Positions 1-8,686 are shown, counted from the first letter of the stretch. The stretch: 32,000 nucleotides of DNA from an uncultured Chloroflexia bacterium (GCA_963718915.1 CAVRAI010000007.1:450001-482000), one strand, 5' to 3'. The notes: generated by a model not told the origin, from the sequence alone. A program made the numbers and translations.

Positions 1-294
1 GCGCACAGCGACCTGGCGAACAAGGTCGTGGCCATGATTCCAGCGGATGCCAGTGTCTCGGCGCAGAACACGCTGGTGCCGCACCTGAGTCACCGACGCT
101 ACATCTATCAGTTTCCCTATGGTGCCGAGCAATCGGACTACGTCGTGCTCGACACTGCGGGATTCATCTACCCCTTCACCGACCAGCACGCCTATGACCA
201 GAGCGTGCGAGACCTCCAGAGCAGCGGCCTCTTCCGCACTGTTTTCGCGCAGGATGGCTATCTCGTTCTGCAACGCGCCACACCAGGGTCATAG
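1..294 (+). CDS. 3' end of a DUF2079-like integral membrane protein gene (5' part outside window)
   Basis: Frame 1 is open from base 1 to TAG 292-294. The C-terminal sequence SAQNTLVPHLSHRRYIYQFPYG..SDYVVLD resembles the conserved DUF2079 C-terminus (recalled, not searched). Confidence 0.55.
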   Translation, partial: AHSDLANKVVAMIPADASVSAQNTLVPHLSHRRYIYQFPYGAEQSDYVVLDTAGFIYPFTDQHAYDQSVRDLQSSGLFRTVFAQDGYLVLQRATPGS

Positions 295-308
295 CGATTG
301 TTCCTGGC

Positions 309-366
309 GGCCCTCTCCCCCGCCCCTCCCCCAGCCCCTCCCCTAAAAGGGAGGGGAGCCAGAGGA
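309..366. repeat. GC-rich C/T-G/A hairpin repeat, copy A (CCCCTCCC-ctaaaa-GGGAGGGG stem-loop at 335-356)
   Basis: It shares GGCCCTCTCCCC (309-320) in direct orientation with 27480-27491. It shares the 13-mers CCCCCAGCCCCTC (328-340) and GGGGAGCCAGAGG (353-365) in inverted orientation with 27563-27575 and 27535-27547. Confidence 0.8.
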
Positions 367-396
367 TGTGCGAGTTGTCAGGCTCTCTTTGCTCTG

Positions 397-418
397 AACC
401 CGCGCAGGCGGGTTTTGT
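397..418 (+). terminator. Possible rho-independent terminator downstream of the DUF2079-like gene
   Basis: AACCCGC-gcag-GCGGGTT 7-bp stem followed by TTGTG. Confidence 0.4.
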
Positions 419-533
419 GACGGAGCGCAAGCGACGACGTTCAGGCGCGGTTTCAACCGCCCGCATTCTGGTTCCCCCTCCCCTCGCGCGTAAGGCTTAT
501 TTTGTGTGGAGGAGAGATTAGAGGAGAGGAGGA

Positions 534-731
534 TTACTCCTCCACCTGATGGCGCTCTTCTTCGATGCGCTGCATGTTCTGGCGGTCGACATAAATCTCG
601 TAATAAGTGAGCAGGCATTCATTGCAGATATGGACGTTGGGCCAGACGAGAGTGCTGGTGAACAAATGCTCCACCTCAGTGGCACGTTTGCCGCAGTGTG
701 AGCATCGTGTTATTGTTCTTGTCGTCTTCAT
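534..731 (-). CDS. Small stand-alone ClpX-type C4 zinc-finger (ZB domain) protein
   Basis: 65-aa ORF with ATG at 731 preceded by a purine-rich AAGGAAGGACAGAGAAG tract. CSHCGK...HICNEC matches the ClpX N-terminal zinc-binding pattern (CSFCGK...YICDEC). No AAA+ module follows. Confidence 0.6.
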   Translation of the reverse strand: MKTTRTITRCSHCGKRATEVEHLFTSTLVWPNVHICNECLLTYYEIYVDRQNMQRIEEERHQVEE

Positions 732-798
732 GCTTCTCTGTCCTTCCTTTGGTCATCTTCCGGGTTCGCCAAAGGTTTAGGAGACCCCCAACACTTGG

Positions 799-1260
799 CT
801 ATTTCTGGAGTGTGCAAGTCTTCCACCCACTCACAGTACCACAAGCTTTCGCTAGCTGAGCGCCCACCATTAAGCTATGCACAATACCGACGCCGATTGA
901 CGAGAAATTGTCGCCGCTAGCGCCATAAATGCTGGCTGAGACGCGAGCACCGCCATTATTCGCTATGGTAAGGGCCCAACGGGCACTGCATGACCCGGAA
1001 TATTCCAGGTACACAACACCTATGGAGTTGCCGTACTGGTCGAAGACGGTTTTATGGTCGAGTGCCTGTTCCGTCAGGTCGCATCCATCAATATGAGGAT
1101 CATCGCCTGTGCAGTCAGAGCCGCGACAGGCTACATCAGGAGAAGCCTTAGGCACAGAAAGGCCATATGCCTTTACTTGGTACGCCGTGGACACTTGCGC
1201 ACCAACAGCCATCGCGAGCACCAAAAGAACGATGAACAGCCGAGCAATGCGGTGTGCCAT
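799..1260 (-). CDS. Secreted Cys-containing protein, DUF2690-like
   Basis: The track ORF runs to 1362, but ATG 1260 (GAAGGGA about 11 nt upstream) gives a typical signal peptide MAHRIARLFIVLLVLAMAVGAQ. YLEYSGSCSARWA resembles the DUF2690 core motif. A hand-counted line is about 52% GC, lower than the neighbours. Confidence 0.55.
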   Translation of the reverse strand: MAHRIARLFIVLLVLAMAVGAQVSTAYQVKAYGLSVPKASPDVACRGSDCTGDDPHIDGCDLTEQALDHKTVFDQYGNSIGVVYLEYSGSCSARWALTIANNGGARVSASIYGASGDNFSSIGVGIVHSLMVGAQLAKACGTVSGWKTCTLQK

Positions 1261-1549
1261 AGCGGAGACCATCCCTTCTCTGTGAGGCATGCAGTAACCC
1301 GACTCACAGATACTTGTAACCATGACTCTACATGACACAACCAAACGTACCCTGCACAACAACCAATGTCACGTATCTTCTGTTTGTCTTTTTGACACGC
1401 TTTACAACTGGAGGGGCGTTTTCTGTGTTTCCTGGCACGAAAACGTCCTACGGCGCGTTGGCGAAGGTAGCCAATTGTGTGGCAATATGGCGGAACGGGC
1501 TGGGTTTCCCTCGCATACGCGCCCTAGGGGGAGAGGGCCGACGGCCCAT

Positions 1550-1587
1550 AAAAAAACAAGCGCGACACCGAGGGGTCGGCATCGCGC
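1550..1587 (-). terminator. Rho-independent terminator of the gltD-like gene
   Basis: Minus strand reads GCGCGATGCCGA-CCCC-TCGGTGTCGCGC (12-bp stem, 2 G:U) followed by TTGTTTTTTT, about 20 nt after the stop at 1608-1610. Confidence 0.75.
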
Positions 1588-1607
1588 TCGAATGAAATGG
1601 CGGCACC

Positions 1608-3420
1608 TCAGGACTGGTTGAGCACCGGCAGCTTCGAGACGCTCCAGCGATTGTTCGCGCTGCCCGTCTGGAACTGCACCATCGAGATGGCATCCGTTGG
1701 GCAGCGGACGATACAGAGGCCGCAGCGAATGCACTTCTCCTCGTCGATAATCATGTCGGCGCCACCTTCCCAGCTCGTTCCCGCCAGCTGATGGAGCGGA
1801 TCGCCCTTGACGACGCGCGTCAACCCCTGCATGCTGATGCAGTCGTAGGGGCAGATGTCCACACAGCCGCTGCACAGAATGCAGATGGATGGGTCGATCA
1901 TGATATTGAGCTGGCACTGCAAACAGCGCCTCGCCTGGGTAATCGCTTCCTCCGGGCTGTAGCCGGTCTCCGCCTCAGCCGTGATGCTGAAGCGCTTCTG
2001 CAGCGGCAGCGCGGGAATCGTCTGATAAGGGATCGACTCGTAGTCATCCACCATGCCCCGGCGGAAGTCGGGCAGTTCGATCTCGGTAATAGCCTCGGCG
2101 GGCATATCCTCGCCACCGAGGTAGAGATTGATCGAGGAGGCGGCGTCGCGCCCGTCGGCGATGGCGGAGATCAGGTTGCGCGAGCCTTCGGTGAAATCGC
2201 CGCCCGCGAAGAGGCCGGGCTTGCTCGTCATCCAGGTGTCGCGGTCAATCAGCGGGATGCCCCAGCGGTTGACCTCCAGCCCAAGCTCCTGTGCGGGAAT
2301 CCACGAGGTATCGGCAAACTGGCCGAACGCCGAGATCACGGTATCAACATCCAGCACGAACTCAGATCCTGCGACGGGAACCGCTTTGCGGCGTCCGCTG
2401 GGATCGGGATCGCCCAGGCGGTTGCGGATCATCTTCAGACCGCTGACATGCTCGCCATCTTCACTGAGCACCTCGGTCGGCGAGCAGAGATAGATGAACT
2501 CGACGTGTTCGAGCATCGCCTCATCCACCTCATACTCATCTGAAGGCATCTCTTCCTTCGAGCGACGATAGAGCACGTAGACCTTCTCGGCGCCGAAACG
2601 CATGGACGAGCGGCAGCAGTCCATCGCGGTGAAGCCGCCACCGAGAACGGCGACCCGCTTACCAACATAGACCGGCTCGCCGAAGTTGACCTTTTCGAGG
2701 AAGGGCAATCCCGGTATCACGCCGAAGAACTCGCCACCAGGCACGTCTTTGTTATACGGGTCGGTCAGCGGGTTCGAGAGCATACAGCCCGCCCCGATGT
2801 AGACGGCGTCGAACTGGTCCATCAGGTCGGTGAGCTGGATGTCTTTGCCAATGGTGGTGTTGAGCTTGACCTCGATGCCAAGCGCATCGAGATACTCATC
2901 GCATTCTTCCTTGGTGACCTCACGCGGCAGACGCCAGACGGGGATGCCGCCGACCATCATGCCACCGGGCGCGGGATACATATCGTAGATCGTGACCGCG
3001 TATCCCATCTCCGCCAGCTCACGCGCGGCAGGCGATGCCCGCCGAGCCAGCGCCGATGACCGCAATCTTCTTGTCTTTGGTCACCTGTGGCCGCGCGGGC
3101 AGATGGCGATACTCGCGGTGATCGTGTGAGGCGCGCTTGAGCCAGCAGATGGAGACGGGCTTGCCATCGATTTTATTGCGGCGGCAGACAGGCTCGCACG
3201 GTCGCGCGCAGGTGCGCCCAAGGACGCCGGGAACCACATTCGAGCGGCGGTTGAGCACATACGCCTCGTCAAAGCGGCCCTGCGAGATCAGTCCGATATA
3301 GTTGGAAACATCGGTGCGCGCGGGACAACCAACCTGGCACGGTATATTCGTTTTATACCAGTCGGGATTGACCTCCTCGGACTGATACAGCGAGTCTAGA
3401 TTTGCATCAGGGTCGATCAT
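1608..3420 (-). pseudogene. GltD-like NAD(P)H-dependent Fe-S flavoprotein oxidoreductase with C-terminal 2x[4Fe-4S] ferredoxin domain, interrupted by a 1-nt frameshift near 3030
   Basis: Two overlapping track ORFs (3019..3471 and 1608..3065) together form one protein. The N-terminal part has a Cys cluster (CQVGCPA...CARPCEPVC). The dinucleotide fold KKIAVIGAGSAGIA|AARELAEMGYAVTIYD is split between frames. The C-terminus carries CILCSGCVDICP and CIRCGLCIVRCP. The likely start is ATG 3420 (GAGAAAGGG RBS). This could be a real pseudogene or an assembly error. Confidence 0.8.
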
Positions 3421-3501
3421 CGCATAACCCTTTCTCAGTGTAGCCATATTTGCGAGGTAGGCCGTGTCCACCTGGAGCCTGAGGCTCTTTCGAGCATACT
3501 C

Positions 3502-3517
3502 ACTGTACAGTATAGCA
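3502..3517 (-). promoter_or_regulatory. Extended -10 promoter (TGcTATACT) for the gltD-like gene, overlapping the 10-bp palindrome ACTGTACAGT
   Basis: The minus strand reads TGCTATACT at 3517-3509. The palindrome 3502-3511 spans the -10/TSS region. It lies about 80 nt upstream of ATG 3420. Confidence 0.45.
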
Positions 3518-3525
3518 TTGCTGGC

Positions 3526-3738
3526 TCAACTCGCGCTATTCCCCGCCTCATCCACTAACACATGCCCGCACATCCCGTGCCGGATCAGCAATCCCAGCGA
3601 ATATGCCTGCATCGTGCTTGTGCCGGCGAGGCAAATCTGATAGAGTTGCCGCCAGGCGAGGGATCGCTGTTCGCGTGACATGGCGTGTCGCAGAGCGTGG
3701 GCGAGTTGTGGCGTAATCCACTTCTTTCGCGGCGTCAC
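3526..3738 (-). CDS. Hypothetical small protein (weak call)
   Basis: 70-aa GTG-initiated ORF in an otherwise empty 420-bp divergent region. No recognisable motif and no clear RBS. Confidence 0.2.
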   Translation of the reverse strand: MTPRKKWITPQLAHALRHAMSREQRSLAWRQLYQICLAGTSTMQAYSLGLLIRHGMCGHVLVDEAGNSAS

Positions 3739-3844
3739 GTCTGGTATTGTTGAGCCTGAAATGGCCGGTTGTTCCGCGAGCCATTGTGTGTCTCAGTTGA
3801 GTCCGACGGGTGTCGCACGAATCAGCAGAGGGAGCGATTCCATT

Positions 3845-4564
3845 ATGAGCCAGAACTATCCTGGCGGTGATCCATCATACCCAGGCGATCCGAATAATCC
3901 GCCGACATTTCCACAGCAACCGGGGCAGCAGCCCGGTTATGGTCAGCCGCCACAGCAGCCAACGCAGCCCGGCTATGGTCAGGAGCAACAGCCTCCGCCC
4001 TATCAGCCGCCAGTCTACAATCAGGCAGCGCAGCCGCAATATGCGCAACAGCAACAACCGCAATACCCACAACAGCAGCCGAAGAAGTCCAGGCGTGGGT
4101 GGATCATCGGCTGCAGCATCGCGGCGGTAGTCCTGATTTTGATCTGTAGCGGCATTGGCGTCGCGGTCTATATCGGCGCGCAGACGGCGGGCAATGCGCT
4201 CAAGAACAGTGGGAACGCGCTCACGGCGTCGACACAGGTCGAACTATTCTGCACGGACTTCCAGACGCAGGACTACGGCTCCGCCTATCAACTGCTCTCA
4301 TCGGCGGCGCAGGGACACGAGAGCCAGTCGCAGTTTGCCACGCACCAGGCAGCCCTCGACACGAGCGATGGAACTGTGGCGACATGCACGATCGATCCCA
4401 ATCATGTGCTGCCAAGTATCAGCAGCGACGGCAAGACCGCGACAGCCCAGGTGCAGGTGGCGCGCGGCGATAATGCGAGTCTGACCACTGGTACGGTCAA
4501 ACTGGTCTACGAAAGCGGCCAGTGGAAAATAGACAGCGCCGACTCGTCGCTGAAGCTGTTCTAA
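3845..4564 (+). CDS. Membrane-anchored protein: Pro/Gln/Tyr-rich N-terminus, one TM helix, NTF2/DUF4878-like extracytoplasmic domain
   Basis: ATG 3845 is preceded by GAGGGAG. It has QPGYGQ-type low-complexity sequence, then WIIGCSIAAVVLILICSGIGVAVYI, then a C-terminal domain ending GQWKIDS typical of small NTF2-like lipoprotein domains. Confidence 0.65.
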   Translation: MSQNYPGGDPSYPGDPNNPPTFPQQPGQQPGYGQPPQQPTQPGYGQEQQPPPYQPPVYNQAAQPQYAQQQQPQYPQQQPKKSRRGWIIGCSIAAVVLILICSGIGVAVYIGAQTAGNALKNSGNALTASTQVELFCTDFQTQDYGSAYQLLSSAAQGHESQSQFATHQAALDTSDGTVATCTIDPNHVLPSISSDGKTATAQVQVARGDNASLTTGTVKLVYESGQWKIDSADSSLKLF

Positions 4565-4591
4565 AACAGCGCTCGTCCTCGTTACATCTCC

Positions 4592-4632
4592 GGCTCCCTT
4601 CGTCCGCATGGGCGCAGGGAGCCATACTTTTC
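4592..4632 (+). terminator. Possible terminator hairpin after the 3845-4564 gene
   Basis: GGCTCCCT-16 nt-AGGGAGCC followed by ATACTTTTCC. The loop is large and the T-tract short. Confidence 0.3.
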
Positions 4633-4690
4633 CGCCGCTTGCCATGCCCAAAGAATTGATAAGCGAACGGGCTACTACATCGCTGTGCGC

Positions 4691-4720
4691 TTGACCGCAA
4701 CCCGGCGGCGAACCTACAAT
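4691..4720 (+). promoter_or_regulatory. Sigma70-type promoter for the OLD-family gene
   Basis: TTGACC (4691-4696), 18-nt spacer, TACAAT (4715-4720). The -10 overlaps the ATG used by the ORF track, which argues for the downstream start. Confidence 0.5.
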
Positions 4721-4799
4721 GGATGGGCTGGCGCAGGACGCAGACAGATTGCACGCCCATACCCCCAAAGAGTCCAGCCGACATCAGGAGGAAATCACG

Positions 4800-6644
4800 G
4801 TGCGAGTGCATAGCATGCGCGTAGAGAACTACGGCCCCTTCGCCCGGCTGGAAGAAATCACCTTTAGCTCCCTCTCCACCATCATCGGACGTAACGACGC
4901 GGGCAAATCCCACACCCTCAAGGCGCTGCAGCTCTTCTTCGGCAAAAACAAGCTCGAGGCGGGCGATGTTTATGATAGCGCCGATGGCGCCGATCAGGTG
5001 GTGATCGAGGTCGCGCTGACGGCGCTGCCCGAGACGCTCGACCATGAAGGCAGCGCGCTCCACCTGGCGGATGAGCGGCTGCTAGATGCCGATGGGCGGC
5101 TACGAGTGCGCAAGATGTTTCCCTGCGCTGGCCCCTATGACCGCCCGGCGCTCGCGTTGATCGCGCAGGATTTCGCCGACGAGCGCTTCAGCGGGCTGCT
5201 GGCGCTGAAAGAGCGAGAGTTGAACGAGCGCTGCGCCGCGGCTGGTGTGCCGCTGGCCGAGGGCAAACGCAAGCGCACCGCCGCCGAGAAGCGGGCCGCC
5301 CTGCGCACCGTCGCCCAGGAGCAACAGACGCCGCTGGTCGATTGCGTGCTGCCACTGAGCGCGCGTGACGATCTCTGGAAGAGCATCGAGGCGCAGCTGC
5401 CGCGCTACGAACTCTTCGAGACCGACACGCGGCTAGGAGTGGGCGAGACAACGTTTCAGGCGCAGTTCCGGCCTATCGTGCGCGCCGCCACCGAGGAGGC
5501 ACAGGTGGTTGCCGCCCGCGACGCCTTCACCGAGTCGATCAATCGCGCGCTGCAGAGCGAGGTGGACGCCATCTTCGAGCGGCTGCGTCGCCATACCACG
5601 ACATTCTCGGGGCTGGCGGTCCGGCCCGCGTTTTCCTGGGAGAAGGCCGTCTCGTTCGAGATTCTCGGCACCGACGAGCACGGCGTCCAGCGGTCGCTCG
5701 ATCAGCGCGGCAGCGGGATGCGTCGCCTGCTGATGGTGGCGTTCTTCCAGTATCTCGCCGAGAAGGCGCTTGGCCACGATCACAACGTCATCTACGCCGT
5801 CGAGGAGCCGGAGAACTGCCTCCATCCCGGCCTGCAGCGCGAGCTGGTCACCTCGTTTCGCGCGCTGGCGGACGAAGGCTCGCAGGTGATTCTCACCTCG
5901 CATTCACCCGTCTTCGCGGGCGCCTCACCGCTCTCCGACCTCGTGCTGATCGAGCGTATGGGTGGCGTGGCGCGGGCTATCCAGGGGCCGGATCCCGCCG
6001 ATGTCGCCGAAGAGCTGGGCATCGAGCCAGCCGACCAGATTACCGGCTATAGCGCCTGTGTCTTTGTTGAGGGGCGCGACGATGTCTTTTTCTGGCGGAC
6101 GCTGGCGCAGAATCTCAAGCAGAGCGGCCACATCCGCGCCGACTTCGACGATCTGCGCATCGGCCTGATGCCCTCAGGTGGCCATAACCTGAAGCACTGG
6201 ATTACGCTCCGGGCGATGGGGCGAATGAACCGGCGCTTCGCGATGATCGTCGATAGCGACCGCTTCAGCGCCGCGCACGACGTGCTGCCGGAGAAGCTCC
6301 AGTGGAAACGCGAATGCGAGGAGCAGGGAGGCGCCTGCTACATCCTGCGCAAGCGCGAGATCGAGAACTACCTGCACCGCGACGCGCTCGCCCGCGCCGG
6401 GCACACCGTCGTCGCCTACGACGACTACTCGGATATGAAGCAGCTCTATGGCCGCCGGGTCGTCGAGACAATCACGCAGATGACCGGCGCCGAGATTCTG
6501 GCGATGGACTGCTACGAAGAAAGCGGACGCGAGCGCCACGAACTATGCGACATCGTCGAGACGCTGCTAGCCCTTGCGGACACGCCGACGACGGTGAGCC
6601 ATCGCGCGCAAGCCACGAACACTCAGCGAGCGGCAGGCCGATAA
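4800..6644 (+). CDS. OLD-family nuclease: N-terminal ABC/AAA_15-type ATPase fused to a C-terminal Toprim-like (OLD/DUF4435-type) domain
   Basis: GTG 4800 lies 8 nt after AGGAGG (4786-4791). Motifs: Walker A GRNDAGKS, signature-like RGSGMRRLL, Walker B IYAVEEPENCLHP, H-loop ILTSHSP. The C-terminal part has VFVEGRDDVFFW (Toprim Glu), MIVDSDR (DxD) and REIENYL. Confidence 0.75.
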   Translation: MRVHSMRVENYGPFARLEEITFSSLSTIIGRNDAGKSHTLKALQLFFGKNKLEAGDVYDSADGADQVVIEVALTALPETLDHEGSALHLADERLLDADGRLRVRKMFPCAGPYDRPALALIAQDFADERFSGLLALKERELNERCAAAGVPLAEGKRKRTAAEKRAALRTVAQEQQTPLVDCVLPLSARDDLWKSIEAQLPRYELFETDTRLGVGETTFQAQFRPIVRAATEEAQVVAARDAFTESINRALQSEVDAIFERLRRHTTTFSGLAVRPAFSWEKAVSFEILGTDEHGVQRSLDQRGSGMRRLLMVAFFQYLAEKALGHDHNVIYAVEEPENCLHPGLQRELVTSFRALADEGSQVILTSHSPVFAGASPLSDLVLIERMGGVARAIQGPDPADVAEELGIEPADQITGYSACVFVEGRDDVFFWRTLAQNLKQSGHIRADFDDLRIGLMPSGGHNLKHWITLRAMGRMNRRFAMIVDSDRFSAAHDVLPEKLQWKRECEEQGGACYILRKREIENYLHRDALARAGHTVVAYDDYSDMKQLYGRRVVETITQMTGAEILAMDCYEESGRERHELCDIVETLLALADTPTTVSHRAQATNTQRAAGR

Positions 6645-6698
6645 GTTCTCCTTTCTGACGAACGGCCGAAGGTAGAATAGCGAACGAGGGAGGCCAGT

Positions 6699-7340
6699 AT
6701 GCGTAAGGTCTGGGCTGCCACAAAGAGTCCTCGGGCGCTGGGCGCGCTGACGATAGCGGGCATCGTGCTGTATCTCGCGCTAGATGTTCTCGCGCAACTG
6801 CTGCCGCCGCACTATAGCCCCGTGCGCCAGGCTGAGAGCGATCTCGCGGTCGGCCCCTATGGCTTTGTGATGACGATCAATTTCGTGGTACGCGGAGGTC
6901 TTTCGCTCGTGCTGGTTGCGGGGCTGATGCAGGGCGTCGTGGCACGCGCGCGTTCGACGGTCGGTGTGGCGCTCATCGGCATCTGGGCAGGCGGAGCTTT
7001 TCTGCTCGCGCTCTTCCCAACGGATGTGAATTCGCGGCTCACTCTCCACGGGAGTATCCATCTGCTGGTGGCGCTGCTAGCATTCTGCGCGGTCGCGTTG
7101 GGCGAACTGCTCGTATCATTGCGTATTGGATCTGACGCACGCTGGAGCGGACTTCGACCATATCTGCTGGCGTGTGCAATCGCGACGCTCGTGGCGCTGC
7201 TGGCGGAACTGGTGGGAGTTCGCGCCAGCACAGCATTGGGCGTAGGTGGGCTGATAGAGCGCATATTTCTAGGGTTGGCGCTGCTTTGGATGCTGCTCGT
7301 GGCTCTCAATCTCGTCCAACCAGGGAGCGACAAGCCTTAG
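6699..7340 (+). CDS. DUF998-like polytopic membrane protein
   Basis: ATG 6699 is preceded by GAGGGAGG. It has about 6 hydrophobic helices and a PPHYSPVRQAESDLAVGPYG motif like DUF998 (YsP...iSdLa.G). Confidence 0.55.
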   Translation: MRKVWAATKSPRALGALTIAGIVLYLALDVLAQLLPPHYSPVRQAESDLAVGPYGFVMTINFVVRGGLSLVLVAGLMQGVVARARSTVGVALIGIWAGGAFLLALFPTDVNSRLTLHGSIHLLVALLAFCAVALGELLVSLRIGSDARWSGLRPYLLACAIATLVALLAELVGVRASTALGVGGLIERIFLGLALLWMLLVALNLVQPGSDKP

Positions 7341-8686
7341 CGGACGAAGAGCCAGGGTAGCGCCAGCCCCACCACCGCCGCCCAGACCACATAGGCTATC
7401 GCGCCCCAGGCGAAGACCGACTGGATGGCCGCCGCCCAGTTCTCGCGGCTGGCGCGGATTTGCCCGATAAGTAGCGCGACCAGCAGGGCGATGTTGATGA
7501 CATTCCAGCCAATGATCGTCGTCCGATTCATGCTGAGATCGAAGACTGACGTGCGGTAGACCGTCGCGGCGAGCGCATAGAGGCTGACGAGCGCGGTCAG
7601 CGCGGCGACGGCGATAATCGCTCCCCGCAGCAGTGACTGCATCTGGGGTGAGAGGTCGTCACTGTTGACGGGCGTGCTGCCGATCAGCACCGCAATGACG
7701 CCGAAGAGCATGACGTTATAGATAATCAGCGTCGTGCGGTTCTCGAATGGCGCGCCGAAGTTGAAGGGTATTACTACAACGTAGATCACCAATACGATCA
7801 GGCTCAGCGCCAGCAAGACGCGCATCAGCACATTGAGCAGCCGTCCGAATCCACGGCCAAACTCCTGCTGGTCGGGCGCGAGCGCGGGATCGTAGACGGT
7901 CGCGATGGCAATGACCGTCACTAGCCCGGCAATCAGGCTGACGACCAGCCGAATCACGATATCGGATACCTGAACGTCGAGCACCTGGAATAGCCCGATG
8001 GCTACCGCCGCAAAGATGCCCCCGGCAATGCCAAAGACGCCGCCCGTCCCGATGGCATCGAGCGATTTGGTGATAAAGCCGAACCGCGCGCGCGAGCTGG
8101 AGCGCCAGCCAAGCGCCGCCAGACCAATCGCGCCCCAGGCCAGCAGTGGCAGGTGCAGCAGGATCAGCGCCCCCTGCGAACTTGAGGTGGACGTTGGGAG
8201 TAGGAAGATATAGACAACCATCGCGCCAAGCGCCACGCCCGCCAGCAGCTGTGCCAGTGACCTTTGGCCACCGGTAGCGAGAAACACGACGATGGCGAGC
8301 GCCACAAGCGGCGGAGCGAGAAATACCAGCAGCGGCGCGTTGGTCCGAAACGAGTTTGCATCCGAGAATACCCACAGCGCTAATCCCAGTACAACACCAA
8401 TGGGGACAGCCCATGTCGATATGCCCGCAAAACGCCGGGACGCACCTTCCGTATCCGGCTGATGCAGCCGATAATACCAGGCGCCATAGAGCAGATTCTC
8501 TGGCGACTCCTGGTGTGCGGTGGCTATCGCGCCACGAAAGGCAGTGGCAGCCCCGCCGCGCCGCGCGGTCTGATAGAGTCGCTCCAGCGCCTCCGGGTTA
8601 GCGCTCGCGCCGCGAATCAGCGCGAGGTAGTCGATCCCTGCAACAGGTACACCATGAAAGGGGTTGAGAGAGTCCGCGGATGTCAT
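7337..8686 (-). CDS. Large polytopic membrane protein with an N-terminal soluble segment of about 90 aa (family not securely recognised, possibly DUF4153-like)
   Basis: ATG 8686 (GAAAGAAGG upstream) is preferred over the track start 8902. There are at least 10 hydrophobic segments. Its 3' end overlaps the convergent DUF998-like gene by 4 nt. Confidence 0.6.
   Translation of the reverse strand: MTSADSLNPFHGVPVAGIDYLALIRGASANPEALERLYQTARRGGAATAFRGAIATAHQESPENLLYGAWYYRLHQPDTEGASRRFAGISTWAVPIGVVLGLALWVFSDANSFRTNAPLLVFLAPPLVALAIVVFLATGGQRSLAQLLAGVALGAMVVYIFLLPTSTSSSQGALILLHLPLLAWGAIGLAALGWRSSSRARFGFITKSLDAIGTGGVFGIAGGIFAAVAIGLFQVLDVQVSDIVIRLVVSLIAGLVTVIAIATVYDPALAPDQQEFGRGFGRLLNVLMRVLLALSLIVLVIYVVVIPFNFGAPFENRTTLIIYNVMLFGVIAVLIGSTPVNSDDLSPQMQSLLRGAIIAVAALTALVSLYALAATVYRTSVFDLSMNRTTIIGWNVINIALLVALLIGQIRASRENWAAAIQSVFAWGAIAYVVWAAVVGLALPWLFVR

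Noticed and set aside
1261-1549. About 290 bp of AT-richer intergenic DNA with the small track ORFs 1322..1621 and 1332..1595, considered as a possible gene or ncRNA.
   Set aside because: The ORFs lack an RBS and run through the gltD-like terminator. I saw no convincing promoter or conserved RNA structure. It most likely holds the promoter region of the DUF2690-like gene.
3900-4080. Pro/Gln/Tyr-rich repetitive coding region (QPGYGQ-like) as a possible non-coding repeat or contingency locus.
   Set aside because: It is in frame within a well-supported CDS and consists of imperfect low-complexity codons rather than exact tandem DNA repeats. Such N-terminal tails are common on membrane proteins of this kind.
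4719-4799. Track start ATG 4719 for the OLD-family gene. Likewise upstream starts at 3680, 8902, 10862, 10922, 14154, 15444, 18707, 19246, 22160 and 24151.
   Set aside because: The upstream extensions lack an RBS, overlap predicted promoter elements or encode non-protein-like sequence. Internal starts with GGAGG-type RBSs coincide with the conserved N-termini or signal peptides.
4800-6644. Calling the OLD-like gene GajA of a Gabija system.
   Set aside because: No UvrD-like GajB helicase, or any helicase, is adjacent. Assignment to Gabija, PARIS or class 1 OLD cannot be made without searches.
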